Shown here piece by piece: positions 48,628 through 57,681 of a DNA stretch of 64,000 nucleotides (position 1 is its first letter; each line of letters starts with the position of its first letter). Location: assembly GCA_963710995.1 (NCBI GenBank), contig CAVQCU010000056.1, positions 432-64,431 on the forward strand. Reading direction: 5' to 3'. This DNA is from an uncultured delta proteobacterium. GTDB lineage: Bacteria > Desulfobacterota > Syntrophia > Syntrophales > Smithellaceae. The position numbers and the translations under genes were made by a program. The notes beneath the pieces are model-generated. The model worked only from the letters and a program-made list of their open reading frames with translations, searched no databases and was not told where the DNA came from.

Positions 48628-50022
48628 ATGAAAAGAAAAACGGTTGAAAAAAATGACGCTGTCGGAAGCGTCAAGGCCTCAAAAGGAAAACGCGGGATCT
48701 CGGATACATCCAAGGAATCAGCCCATTTGCTTCACAGCATCGTCCAGGGCTTTTCCATCCCCGCCTTTGTCATCGGAGCAAATCATAAGATCCTCTACTG
48801 GAACCGCGCCCTTGAGCGTCTGACGAATATTCCCATGAGCGAGGTGATCGATACCAACCAGCACTGGCGCGCTTTCTACGCCAGTGAGAGGCCCTGCATG
48901 GCAGACCTTCTCATCGATGGTGCAGAGAACCGGATTCCCAAATGGTATGCCGGTAAATACCGCAAATCAGATCTTCTGGAAGAGGCTTACGAAGCAACAG
49001 ATTTTTTCCCTGATCTCGGCGAAAAGGGGCGCTGGCTGCGCTTCACGGCCGCGCTGATTCGGCAAGCTGACGGTAATATTGTCGGTGCGATTGAAACCCT
49101 GGAGGACATTACCGAACGCATGACCGCAGAACTTACGCGGCACGAAAGCGAGCAGCAGGTCTTCAGCATCATCGAAGGGTTGCCTATTCCGACCTTCGTT
49201 ATCGGTCTTGATCACAACGTGATTTACTGGAATCGCGCTCTGGAAAAATTGAGCAATATTCGTACTAAAGATATAATCGGTACAAACCAGCACTGGCGCG
49301 CTTTCTACGCCAGTGAGAGGCCCTGCATGTCTGATCTGGTTGTCGATCAGACCATGGAAACCATGCCGGAATGGTATGGGGGCGTTGCCAAATCGAAACT
49401 GTTAGAAGACACCTACGAGGCGGAAGGATTTTTCCCCGACCTAGGAGACAAAGGGCGCTGGCTACGGTTCACAGTGTCGCCCCTCCGTAGTTCCCGTGGC
49501 GCCCTCGTCGGTTGTATCGAGACACTGGAAGATATTACGGAACGAGAAATGACGGAACGGATCATCTTCGACAGCGAAAGGATTCTGCACAGCATCCTTG
49601 AGGGATTTTCAATTGCCGCTTTCGTCATCGACAAAAACCATAAAATTCTTTATTGGAACCGGGCATTGGAAAAACTGACTAGAGTAAAGGCCGCCGATGT
49701 TAGAGGTACCGATCAACAATGGCGGGCCTTTTATAAAAAGGCAAGGCCCTGCATTGCCGACCTGCTCGTTGATAGTGCCGTGGAAAAGGTTCCCAAATGG
49801 TATTCCGGAAAATATCAAAAATCAGATCTCATCGAAGATGCCTACGAGGCAACGGATTTCTTTCCCGATCTGGGAGATAGTGGGCGCTGGCTCCGGTTTA
49901 CAGCCGCCCTCATTCGGGATTTTCAGGGAGAGCTCATTGGGGCTGTTGAAACGCTGGAAGACATCACAGAACGGAGGTTGGCTGAAGACGCTCTGAAACG
50001 AAAGGGCAAGAGCGCATCATAG
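48628..50022 (+). CDS. Stand-alone protein of three tandem PAS-like modules (no output domain)
   Basis: Three ~135-aa repeats (..YWNRALE.L......G.NQHWRAFY..ERPCM.DL....WY.G...S.L.E..YEA..FFPDLG.KGRWLRFT......G..VG.IETLEDITER). Confidence 0.8.
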   Translation: MKRKTVEKNDAVGSVKASKGKRGISDTSKESAHLLHSIVQGFSIPAFVIGANHKILYWNRALERLTNIPMSEVIDTNQHWRAFYASERPCMADLLIDGAENRIPKWYAGKYRKSDLLEEAYEATDFFPDLGEKGRWLRFTAALIRQADGNIVGAIETLEDITERMTAELTRHESEQQVFSIIEGLPIPTFVIGLDHNVIYWNRALEKLSNIRTKDIIGTNQHWRAFYASERPCMSDLVVDQTMETMPEWYGGVAKSKLLEDTYEAEGFFPDLGDKGRWLRFTVSPLRSSRGALVGCIETLEDITEREMTERIIFDSERILHSILEGFSIAAFVIDKNHKILYWNRALEKLTRVKAADVRGTDQQWRAFYKKARPCIADLLVDSAVEKVPKWYSGKYQKSDLIEDAYEATDFFPDLGDSGRWLRFTAALIRDFQGELIGAVETLEDITERRLAEDALKRKGKSAS

Positions 50023-50091
50023 CCGACACTGCGGCAAACCGGTGGATCCGTGTGTCCCCCTCCATTATAGCTGAAAGGAAGGAGTTAGGTC

Positions 50092-50610
50092 ATGACAACA
50101 ACACAGATAACAAAGATGATTGAGACTATCGAGTATAAAGCCCAAGACATTGCCGAACAATGGTATAAGAATGTGAAGATCAACCCTAAAACGCCCATTT
50201 TTCATAACATGCCCCAGAACGAGGCCATAGATCTGGCCCTGAATTTCCTCAGCAACTACAGGAAACTCTTCAATACAGATAAACCATTTGAGGAGGCCAA
50301 TGTCCTTTTTTCCAAGTATGCCGCGAATTTCTACAATAAACATATCCCGCTTCCCCAGGCTATCTACTCTCTCATACTGATGAGACGCCATATGTGGCTG
50401 TTTGCCGAGTACCAGGCGGTGTTCGAAACAGCCGTCGAGCAGCGTCACGCCCTGGAAAGCCAGAGCCGTATGATTCTCATGTTCGATTACGCAGAGTATG
50501 TTGTCATTCTGACCTATGACGACCTGATCAGAAATGAAATCGAAGACAAGTTTAAAGGGTTGAAAGTCAAAAGTCCGTTTTTTGTTCTCTGGCCTGGTGG
50601 CGGACTGTAG
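50092..50610 (+). CDS. Paralogue 3 of the RsbR-N-like sensor-domain protein
   Basis: Collinear with 39178-39648 (..AEQWYKNV..IPLPQAIYSLILMRRHMWLFAEYQAVF..). Confidence 0.55.
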   Translation: MTTTQITKMIETIEYKAQDIAEQWYKNVKINPKTPIFHNMPQNEAIDLALNFLSNYRKLFNTDKPFEEANVLFSKYAANFYNKHIPLPQAIYSLILMRRHMWLFAEYQAVFETAVEQRHALESQSRMILMFDYAEYVVILTYDDLIRNEIEDKFKGLKVKSPFFVLWPGGGL

Positions 50611-50822
50611 GAATAGGCAAATTAGCTGGAGCGCTGGCAAAGGCGATGATTGTGCTGCAAGGCAAAGGCATCATGTCTGCCTTTTTTATTGCATATTTCA
50701 ATCAGAAATCGTTAATTTTCAGGGCAACCTTAGTGTGATGACTCGTAAAACCTTACATGGAAGAATAACTATAAGATGTGAGTGTTTAAAATGATTTAAA
50801 GTGAAAGGTAAAGATTAAAATC

Positions 50823-51368
50823 ATGTCCCAGGATGACCAAAAACGACTCCCGACAACATGGTCACTTGAAATGTTGAAGGAGTTTCATAAACTTATAAAC
50901 GCTCCTTTACCAATTAATTTTGTTATTTTAGAAAAACATAAATCAACAACGTTTTTGGAAAAACATAAATCAACATCATTTAGGTCAAATAGAATAAGTC
51001 ATGTTTCTTATAGAGGGGTCATTCCAGTTTCAGAATTTGAAAATATTAGTATTATTTTAAATCCAGTAGCGAGTTTAGACGTAGAAAAATATAAAAACTA
51101 CATTGGTTATATTGAAATAGTGAATAGTCCTACAGAAGATAGTCCCGTTCCAGAGATAAGAGGGTTTATTAAAGAAGCTTTAGGAATTTGTGAATCTTTT
51201 AATGAAATGTTGATTGAATCAAAAATATTCAATTCAAAAATGTCCCCGGTCTTTATTTATTTGGAACAATCTTATTGTTTAAAAGACAAGTCTCCTGAAG
51301 AATTGTTAAATAAAAAAATCCCTATAAGAGAAATATCAACATTTCATAAAATTTCTTGTTTTGAATAG
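50823..51368 (+). CDS. Hypothetical protein in an AT-rich islet
   Basis: 181-aa ORF with a tandem LEKHKSTTF/LEKHKSTSF duplication. I recognise no other motif. Confidence 0.35.
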   Translation: MSQDDQKRLPTTWSLEMLKEFHKLINAPLPINFVILEKHKSTTFLEKHKSTSFRSNRISHVSYRGVIPVSEFENISIILNPVASLDVEKYKNYIGYIEIVNSPTEDSPVPEIRGFIKEALGICESFNEMLIESKIFNSKMSPVFIYLEQSYCLKDKSPEELLNKKIPIREISTFHKISCFE

Positions 51369-51563
51369 TTTGATGACATGAAAAAGATTAATTCAGTTAT
51401 TTCTTTATTCTAAAAGAAGTCTGTAAATAACCAGTAACAACATGAAAGGTATAGATATAAAAAAACCAATTCAGTATAAGTAATTCATCGGAAAAAGCGA
51501 AGTTCGGATTTATGGCCGGTTACAAGGAACTGGAGCTGCGGAGAAGGTTGCGAATTTGTGCCT

Positions 51564-52568
51564 TCACTTCATGGGCTGTTCAAGCGCATCCTTGACTACC
51601 TGCCTTCTGCGGAAAGCTTCCGCCTCGCTTCCGAACATCTGGTCCTGCAGATCGCGTATCTTTTGCGCCTTCCCGCCGGCATCGAGATTGTTGTTATTTT
51701 TGATCTCGTTTTCCTGGGCGAAGTAGTCTTCCTCGTTCTTCTTTTCGTCGGCCGTAGACCTGTCGACCTCGTCGAGACGGCGCGCCTGCTCCGGCGTGAA
51801 AAGCTCTTCCCGGAACTGCCGAATCTTCGCCTGTCGTTCCTCATCCGACGTCATTTCGGCCATGTCCTTCTGGTATATCTTGAACTTTTCATGGTAGCGG
51901 TCCAGCGGTTCGGTGTCATTATCTATGGTATCGGCTTCGTCACCCCACATGTCTTTTTTCAGATCGGCGAGTTTTTTCTCCTTTTCCGCGCCGTATAAGT
52001 TCTGATCTCCGGTAATCATTCCGCGCCTGATTGGATATTCCCTCAACATCACGCTGGGCCCGAAAAGGACATCGGCATTCTCGTCGCCGAACACCTTCCG
52101 CCGGTAGTCCTGCAGCTTGTGGAGATAGTCGATCGCCTCATCTGGTGTGGAAGGCCTACCCCATGTCGTCATCTTGTCATGGACATCACGCTGGTAATAG
52201 ACATAGGTCTTGTACACCGCGAAAAGCTTATCGGCTTCGTCTGAGGGCATGATTGTGTCAAGATACTCCCGCACCGACTGGAGGAGCTCTTCAGTATTTC
52301 TCGAATCTTTGAATTTATCATCCAGGAAAAAGAAATACTTCAGCGTATAGGGATTGATGGCGTCCTTTTTGAAATAATCCTTCGCATCATCTGCTTTAAA
52401 CTCGCTCTGGCCAAGATAGATCCTGACGTCCTTCATCCTGATTTTTGAGTTCCGGTCAAAAACGTACCCCTCTTGCTTTTTTCCCCTCGTCATAATGCCT
52501 GCAATGGTGACTGTGATGATGACAGCTAGTACTATCCCTGCTACAGCAATTATCTTATTTCTCTTCAT
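51564..52568 (-). CDS. Lipase-specific foldase (Lif/lipase chaperone)
   Basis: N-terminal TM anchor, then a long helical, acidic and Arg-rich body (..FGPSVMLREYPIRR..LADLKKDMWG..ARRLDEVDR..). Lies immediately downstream of the lipase gene. Confidence 0.7.
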   Translation of the reverse strand: MKRNKIIAVAGIVLAVIITVTIAGIMTRGKKQEGYVFDRNSKIRMKDVRIYLGQSEFKADDAKDYFKKDAINPYTLKYFFFLDDKFKDSRNTEELLQSVREYLDTIMPSDEADKLFAVYKTYVYYQRDVHDKMTTWGRPSTPDEAIDYLHKLQDYRRKVFGDENADVLFGPSVMLREYPIRRGMITGDQNLYGAEKEKKLADLKKDMWGDEADTIDNDTEPLDRYHEKFKIYQKDMAEMTSDEERQAKIRQFREELFTPEQARRLDEVDRSTADEKKNEEDYFAQENEIKNNNNLDAGGKAQKIRDLQDQMFGSEAEAFRRRQVVKDALEQPMK

Positions 52569-52677
52569 GAAACAAACACCTTCTCTCACGCCGAAAGCAC
52601 AAATAAAGAAGAGCGGCATCTCCTCGTACCGCTCTTCATATTATAATGCTATATAAATCGTGCAAATACTTTCCCGC

Positions 52678-53562
52678 TTAATACCCCTTACCTTTCAGAT
52701 CTGATACAACACTCACATAAAAACCTTTAGCATCGAAGCCCGGCGTATAATCTAGGAACTGGTCGCACATATTCACATGTGATACGCCGCCGCCATACCA
52801 CGTTCCTCCCTGGTTGCCTCTATAGGTTCCCCAAGGGGCCGACCATGTGGAAACAAGACCGTCATTGGAGCCCTCATACCACTCTAAAAGCGCCCAAGTC
52901 ACGCTGAAGAGTACTTTGTCCAGTATGGGGGGAAAATTCATGGTCGCTGACCAGCTCTGATAGTAGACACCCGACATATTGGGTGTTTCAGGATTGAACG
53001 TGTTGGTCATAAAGTTCACGCTCAGCCATTGCGCGCCCGCCTTGGCGTTCTCTTCTCCGCCGAACATCCAGTCATATATTTCAGTTACCAGACCGCTTAT
53101 CCATCCGCCCACGTCAGCATCAAGTCCCAAAAGTACGTCAGCTATCGAGCTGCCTCGGTTCGGCGAGGAAACGGTGGTCAACGACGCCACATAGGGCGCC
53201 ATGCCAAGGTTGGATATCATCCACCGCGCGTCAAGTCCTCCCTGGGAATGGCCGATGATGTTGACCTTTGCCGCTCCCGTAGTGGCGAGGACTTGCTGCA
53301 CATAGGTCTTCAACTGGGCCGCCCGGTCTGCGGTGGATGCCATCGCCGTTTGGTTAGATTGAAACACATTGGCCCCGTGGCCCGTCAGCGTTGATGGTAT
53401 GTTATACCAGTATCCGATGCCGAGCTTTCCAGTGTCGGTGTAACCCATGCCATGAGATAATACGATTGGATATTTTGTCGCGCAGGTAGTGTTAGCAGAT
53501 GCAACGAAGGGAAATACGCCTATTAAAAAAATAAAGCAAAGAAAAATGATTAACTTTTTCAT
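52678..53562 (-). CDS. Secreted triacylglycerol lipase, family I.1/I.2-like
   Basis: Signal peptide, YPIVLSHGM oxyanion region, the nucleophile elbow IIGHSQGG, and a C-terminal ..SHVNMCDQ.. region. Confidence 0.85.
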   Translation of the reverse strand: MKKLIIFLCFIFLIGVFPFVASANTTCATKYPIVLSHGMGYTDTGKLGIGYWYNIPSTLTGHGANVFQSNQTAMASTADRAAQLKTYVQQVLATTGAAKVNIIGHSQGGLDARWMISNLGMAPYVASLTTVSSPNRGSSIADVLLGLDADVGGWISGLVTEIYDWMFGGEENAKAGAQWLSVNFMTNTFNPETPNMSGVYYQSWSATMNFPPILDKVLFSVTWALLEWYEGSNDGLVSTWSAPWGTYRGNQGGTWYGGGVSHVNMCDQFLDYTPGFDAKGFYVSVVSDLKGKGY

Positions 53563-53696
53563 ACATTTCCTCCTTAGAAGGTTAGGTGAAAGTTAGTAAA
53601 AAGTTAAAAAGTTACGCGGTGGATTTGGGGCCGGTAAACCGATTGATGAATTTTCTATAGTAATTTAAGATATTCCATATGCCTCCTTAAATCACT

Positions 53697-53742
53697 GACT
53701 TACAAGCGACTTACAAGCGACTTACAAGCGACTTACAAGCGA
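53697..53742 (+). repeat. Tandem repeat, 4 x 11 bp (GACTTACAAGC)
   Basis: Four perfect head-to-tail units plus a partial fifth. Confidence 0.9.
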
Positions 53743-53814
53743 TGCTAACTCCAAAGGAATATATGTAAGATCAATAATATATTTTGTTTTGTTTTAAATA
53801 TTATTTATTTATAT

Positions 53815-54081
53815 TTGTCAATAAAATTTATCCGATTTCATGATCTGTACCATACTTTTGCTACAAGGTTGGTTCAGAATGGCGTGGATCTCTATAGAGT
53901 CCAGAAATTGGGTCGCTGGAAGAAGGTGACAATGGTTCAGAGATATGCACATCATTATCCGGAAAGTCTTAGAGCTGCTATTGAAATGATTGATGGTGTC
54001 AAAAAACCAATTATTACAATTTTATCACAGTCACAAAAAAATAGGATTAGCATGTCCCTTTTGAGACTTGCAAACCCTTGA
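53815..54081 (+). pseudogene. Tyrosine recombinase (phage-type integrase), C-terminal remnant
   Basis: Only the box II region is present (FHDLYHTFATRLVQNGVDLYRVQKLGRWKKVTMVQRYAH). The conserved R of HxLRH is Y and the conserved H of LGH is R. The N-terminal two thirds are absent. Confidence 0.7.
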
Positions 54082-54087
54082 TTATTT

Positions 54088-54144
54088 TGGTGCCGGAGCT
54101 CGGAATCGAACTGAGATGTCCTTGCGAACGGGGGATTTTGAGTC
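54088..54144 (-). tRNA. tRNA-Leu(CAA) 3' fragment (att-site-like relic, not a complete gene)
   Basis: Minus strand reads GACTCAAAATCCCC-GTTCGCAAGGACATC-TCAGTTCGATTCCGAGCTCCGGCACCA: anticodon loop, long variable arm, T-arm, acceptor and CCA. No D-arm or 5' acceptor lies upstream. Confidence 0.65.
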
Positions 54145-54513
54145 GTAATTAACAAAAAGGCGATTTCCCATCAATTTTAACGCCTTAAATATTTATAGGT
54201 TACACAGGGCAAGTTGGTTTATCTTAGGTTAAGACGGTTACAATTTAGTTACATCTTCCTCAACTGATCGCAGGTAAAAAGAATGCTTTGCCGGAGACCG
54301 TGGGGAGACCCTTTTTTGAAAATATGGGTGGGGGAGTATCTATATACCCCACACGCGTGCGCATTAGGCCCTTTGAAAATTTTCCCTAGCGGCACCTCGG
54401 TCGTTCAAAAGTTTCATTGTTATATCAAATTCGACCCCCGAAAAATTTCAAAAAAAATAGTTCATTCCCATGTTGGAAGTTGCATATGATAGTAGGATTG
54501 CCATTATTGATAA

Positions 54514-55285
54514 CTTCCTGTAAGTGAGCAATTAGGTTTTTTCAAAGACATACTTCCTTTCAGTAGAGTAGAGAACTGGCGTAGTAGTTGCGTGCTCTAT
54601 CTCCAGTTTTCCCCCCCTCATCAAACCGGACGTTCGGTTTTCCCGAATACGGATTTCCAATCATCTTCTTCCAGAGGCTTTCGCTTTCACTTGGCCTTCC
54701 AGTATAGCTTCCACCTGAGTTCTCGAAATATTCAGAGTTAATAGCGTTACCACAATCTCCTTTCCTTCACTCCTTTAGAAGCATGATGAAGGTATTGCCC
54801 CTTCCCTCTCCCAAGGTTATGTTGTCCTTGGAATACAAGCGATACTATGGGCAACTCCGACTCCCTTATCGACCCGGTAAATTTTCGTTTCCTTATATTT
54901 ACTGGTTGCCCTCCTTAGAGCATCGACAAGGGTCTCCCGTGTTCATTGTCGTATGGCTGCCCCTGCGTGTCACCCCTGTTACCCCGGAAGTCCATCTATC
55001 GGTTCTGGTAGTTATCGTTATGATAGATGCTCCGGTCTTCCCCCTTCCATTACGGGGTCGACAACTCCATCGTGTGTTTCGAGGCTACATCTAGGTTCGC
55101 TTACGCTGCGACCCGCAGGTTTGCTCGACTCTCTTACGGAGCCTTTGTCAGAGAACTTAGTGCTTCAGGTTGCTCTTAACACCTCCCTCTAGCTACATGG
55201 GCGAACTACCGAACTCCATGGTCGGACTTTAACCGACTAGTCATACGTTTTACACGGCATACATCCGTAATAAACACAATTTACA
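54514..55285 (-). repeat. Cassette-boundary module, inverted copy K, split by group II intron copy 2
   Basis: Minus strand reads AAATTGTGTTTATTACGGAT, then the intron, then TGAAAGGAAGTATGTC..CTCACTTACAGGAAGTTATC. Confidence 0.8.
54563..55262 (-). mobile_element. ORF-less group II intron, copy 2 (~700 nt), domain V triad mutated
   Basis: Same 5' end (GTATGCCGTGTAAAACG) and the same insertion point as copy 1. Domain V reads AATCCGTATTCGG (AGC changed to ATC). The 3' ~60 nt diverge from copy 1. Confidence 0.75.
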
Positions 55286-55310
55286 TCTTACAATAAACAG
55301 CGGCAACACA

Positions 55311-55414
55311 CAGTTCTTTAAATTACCGCCGTCAAGCAACAAAGGTGTATCTGAATTGACAATTGAAAAAATGGCTGAACCCTAACATGTGGTACAAGTA
55401 TCTATGTTAGACCA
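55311..55414 (+). mobile_element. IS3-family right-end remnant (diverged relative of 21883-22058)
   Basis: Translates to ..SSLNYRRQATKVYLN*, followed by AAAAATGGCTGAACCCTAACATGTGGTACA..GTTAGACCA. Confidence 0.55.
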
Positions 55415-55458
55415 TATTCGTCATAAATACAAGTACATATATGATGATCAAATTTTTC

Positions 55459-55504
55459 TTGACATGACAACAAACATCGCATATTATAAAATCCGACTGG
55501 TCGG
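55459..55504 (+). promoter_or_regulatory. Sigma70-type promoter plus a palindromic candidate TetR operator
   Basis: TTGACA-17 nt-TATTAT, followed by the inverted repeat CCGAC-TG-GTCGG at 55493-55504, 30 nt upstream of the tetR-family gene. Confidence 0.5.
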
Positions 55505-55536
55505 TTTCTTTTCCTTAGAAGAGGAAGGGGGTTTTT

Positions 55537-56148
55537 ATGTCATTAAATGTGGAACGAGAAGTCATTAGACGAGGTCAGATTATTGACGCAACTTTGCGGG
55601 AAATTTCGGCCAAAGGAATGAGCAAGATCACGGTCGAGTCCATTGCCAAAGCAGCAGGACTTTCGAAGGGAGGCGTTACCTACTACTTCAAATCCAAGGA
55701 TGATATCTGCGAAGCTGTTTTTAAAGAATTCTTTGACATCATTTTTCAGAGAAGTAAAGATATAATTGATCTATGTTCCGATCCTCCCTCCAAATTGCTC
55801 TCCTTTGGCTGGCTCTATAATTGGAAAGATCCAGACGTTTCGAACGGCTACCCGCTCCTCTTCGACTTTATGGCTGAAGCATGCCACAAGGAAAGCTACA
55901 GGGCATTATTCCATGAATGGGTAAATAATTGGGTAGAACTCCTAAAGAATGCCATTATTGAAGGCAATAATGCGGGAACTTTCAATTGTTCGGATCCCGA
56001 TGCAACAGCAAAGGCCATCTCAGCAGTATACCATGGCTTGGCCGTTCGCTGGTATATTGACCGGGATAGTCATTCAACGCAATGGGCAATTACATCATTC
56101 ACGGACGCAATTAACGGTTTATTAACCGGGAGTCGGAACAAAATATAA
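55537..56148 (+). CDS. TetR/AcrR-family transcriptional regulator
   Basis: N-terminal HTH (..KITVESIAKAAGLSKGGVTYYFKSKDDI..). Confidence 0.9.
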   Translation: MSLNVEREVIRRGQIIDATLREISAKGMSKITVESIAKAAGLSKGGVTYYFKSKDDICEAVFKEFFDIIFQRSKDIIDLCSDPPSKLLSFGWLYNWKDPDVSNGYPLLFDFMAEACHKESYRALFHEWVNNWVELLKNAIIEGNNAGTFNCSDPDATAKAISAVYHGLAVRWYIDRDSHSTQWAITSFTDAINGLLTGSRNKI

Positions 56149-56558
56149 CTAAACGGATCAATGTTAACATAATATTTGCTAGGGAGAATATCGTGATTCC
56201 ATACGCCACAAATAGTTACTGTCCGCTATTTGTCATATTATATTCCTGTGACTTCAAGTCTTCTTTTCCCCATGGCCTAAGAAAGATGACATCTTTCTTT
56301 TCCAACTCTCAGCATAAATCCCTCCCTCACGCGACACTACCTATAAATCTTCTCAGCAAGTTAATAACCAGTGCACAGGAATTTCAGTTCCATCTTTTTT
56401 TAGCAACAAGATACTGCATAACAAAATAACAGATCAAGGACGATGCATCTATAACTTAAAAATAAAGGAAGGAGGGATAGTGTTTTAAAAAGCGGAAGAA
56501 GCGAACGGATTGTATTAACTAAACCATCAATAAGACACAGATGAAGGAGGAAAGTATT

Positions 56559-56948
56559 ATGGCAATATTCGCAAATACCGAAAAAATGTATGAAGTCTTG
56601 GGCACACTTTTTAACACACTTATGAACCACCCTTCCGTAGGACCTAAATTCGTCGAGTCCAACATTACCATCAAGTTTACAATCAACGATCCCAGCGGAT
56701 TCATCTGGTTGACGCCCGATAAAGGTGTCATCTGCGGTGATGCCGATTGTAAGCCGACTATTGAAATGACCTTGAGTGGCGATACCTGCCATCAATTCTG
56801 GTTACAGGAAGTATCAATGCCCGTTGCCTTGGCCAAGGGTTTGATCAAGGCCAAGGGGCCCCTTCCAAAGGTGTTGAAGCTGCTTCCGCTCTTGAAGCCG
56901 GCCTACGAGGCCTATCCGGAAATCTCCCATAAGTATGGCCTATCATAA
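56559..56948 (+). CDS. SCP2 sterol/lipid-carrier domain protein
   Basis: ~129 aa. The ..ALAKGLIKAKGPLPKVLKLLPLLKP.. C-terminal pattern is typical of SCP2. The start is set after the AAGGAGG RBS. Confidence 0.7.
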   Translation: MAIFANTEKMYEVLGTLFNTLMNHPSVGPKFVESNITIKFTINDPSGFIWLTPDKGVICGDADCKPTIEMTLSGDTCHQFWLQEVSMPVALAKGLIKAKGPLPKVLKLLPLLKPAYEAYPEISHKYGLS

Positions 56949-56974
56949 TATTTTACTAAAAAAGGGAGGATTTT

Positions 56975-57652
56975 ATGAGCATAGAAAAGAGCATGAAACA
57001 ATTCGAGCAAGACAGGCTGGAAGCGGTAAGAATCGCCTCGCGGTTGCTGCTTGCTTCCGGAACGACTACACCCCGTGTGGGAGGCGTCGGTGAATGTACG
57101 ATCCATATCATCGATGATCCGTGTGCAATAGAGGATCTTTGTCAGGGTATGGAAAGTATGTCCTGTGAAAACAAGGCCTGGGATTTCTTTAAAAGAGATG
57201 CCGCCATGCTACGCGACACCGATGCGGTACTGGTGGTTACATCCCTTCGTTGTGTTACCGATCCGGCCGATATCAACTGCAATATGTGCGGTAAGATGAC
57301 CTGTGAATCTCTGAGAGAAACGGAAAAACTCCCAGGTGACACTGGCATCGCCTTCAAAGGCCCCCTTTGTGTCTTTCGGGCCAACAACATCTCCTATGCC
57401 GTCGATGGCATTATTTCCCAGGCACGAAATCTGGGGATCGACTATGGAGTTTTTTGGTCCGTCGGGGCCACGGCCATGAGGATGAATATCTTGCCTCATG
57501 TCACCGGCTTCGCTTTGGCTGTGGCTATCTCCATTACGGAAAAGAGCCCCTTCCGAGATATTCCGCTGAAGTACGGCGAGATCAACGAACGCAGTATGAA
57601 TGACCGGATCATCAAAAGGTTATGGCCACAGTTCAGATCCATCTATAGCTAA
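56975..57652 (+). CDS. DUF2148-like (ferredoxin-domain, COG4739-like) protein, paralogue 1
   Basis: CNMCGKMTCE Cys motif in the middle of a ~225-aa protein. Collinear with the next ORF. Confidence 0.5.
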   Translation: MSIEKSMKQFEQDRLEAVRIASRLLLASGTTTPRVGGVGECTIHIIDDPCAIEDLCQGMESMSCENKAWDFFKRDAAMLRDTDAVLVVTSLRCVTDPADINCNMCGKMTCESLRETEKLPGDTGIAFKGPLCVFRANNISYAVDGIISQARNLGIDYGVFWSVGATAMRMNILPHVTGFALAVAISITEKSPFRDIPLKYGEINERSMNDRIIKRLWPQFRSIYS

Positions 57653-57681
57653 ATAGATTAACAAACATCAGGAGGCAAAAA

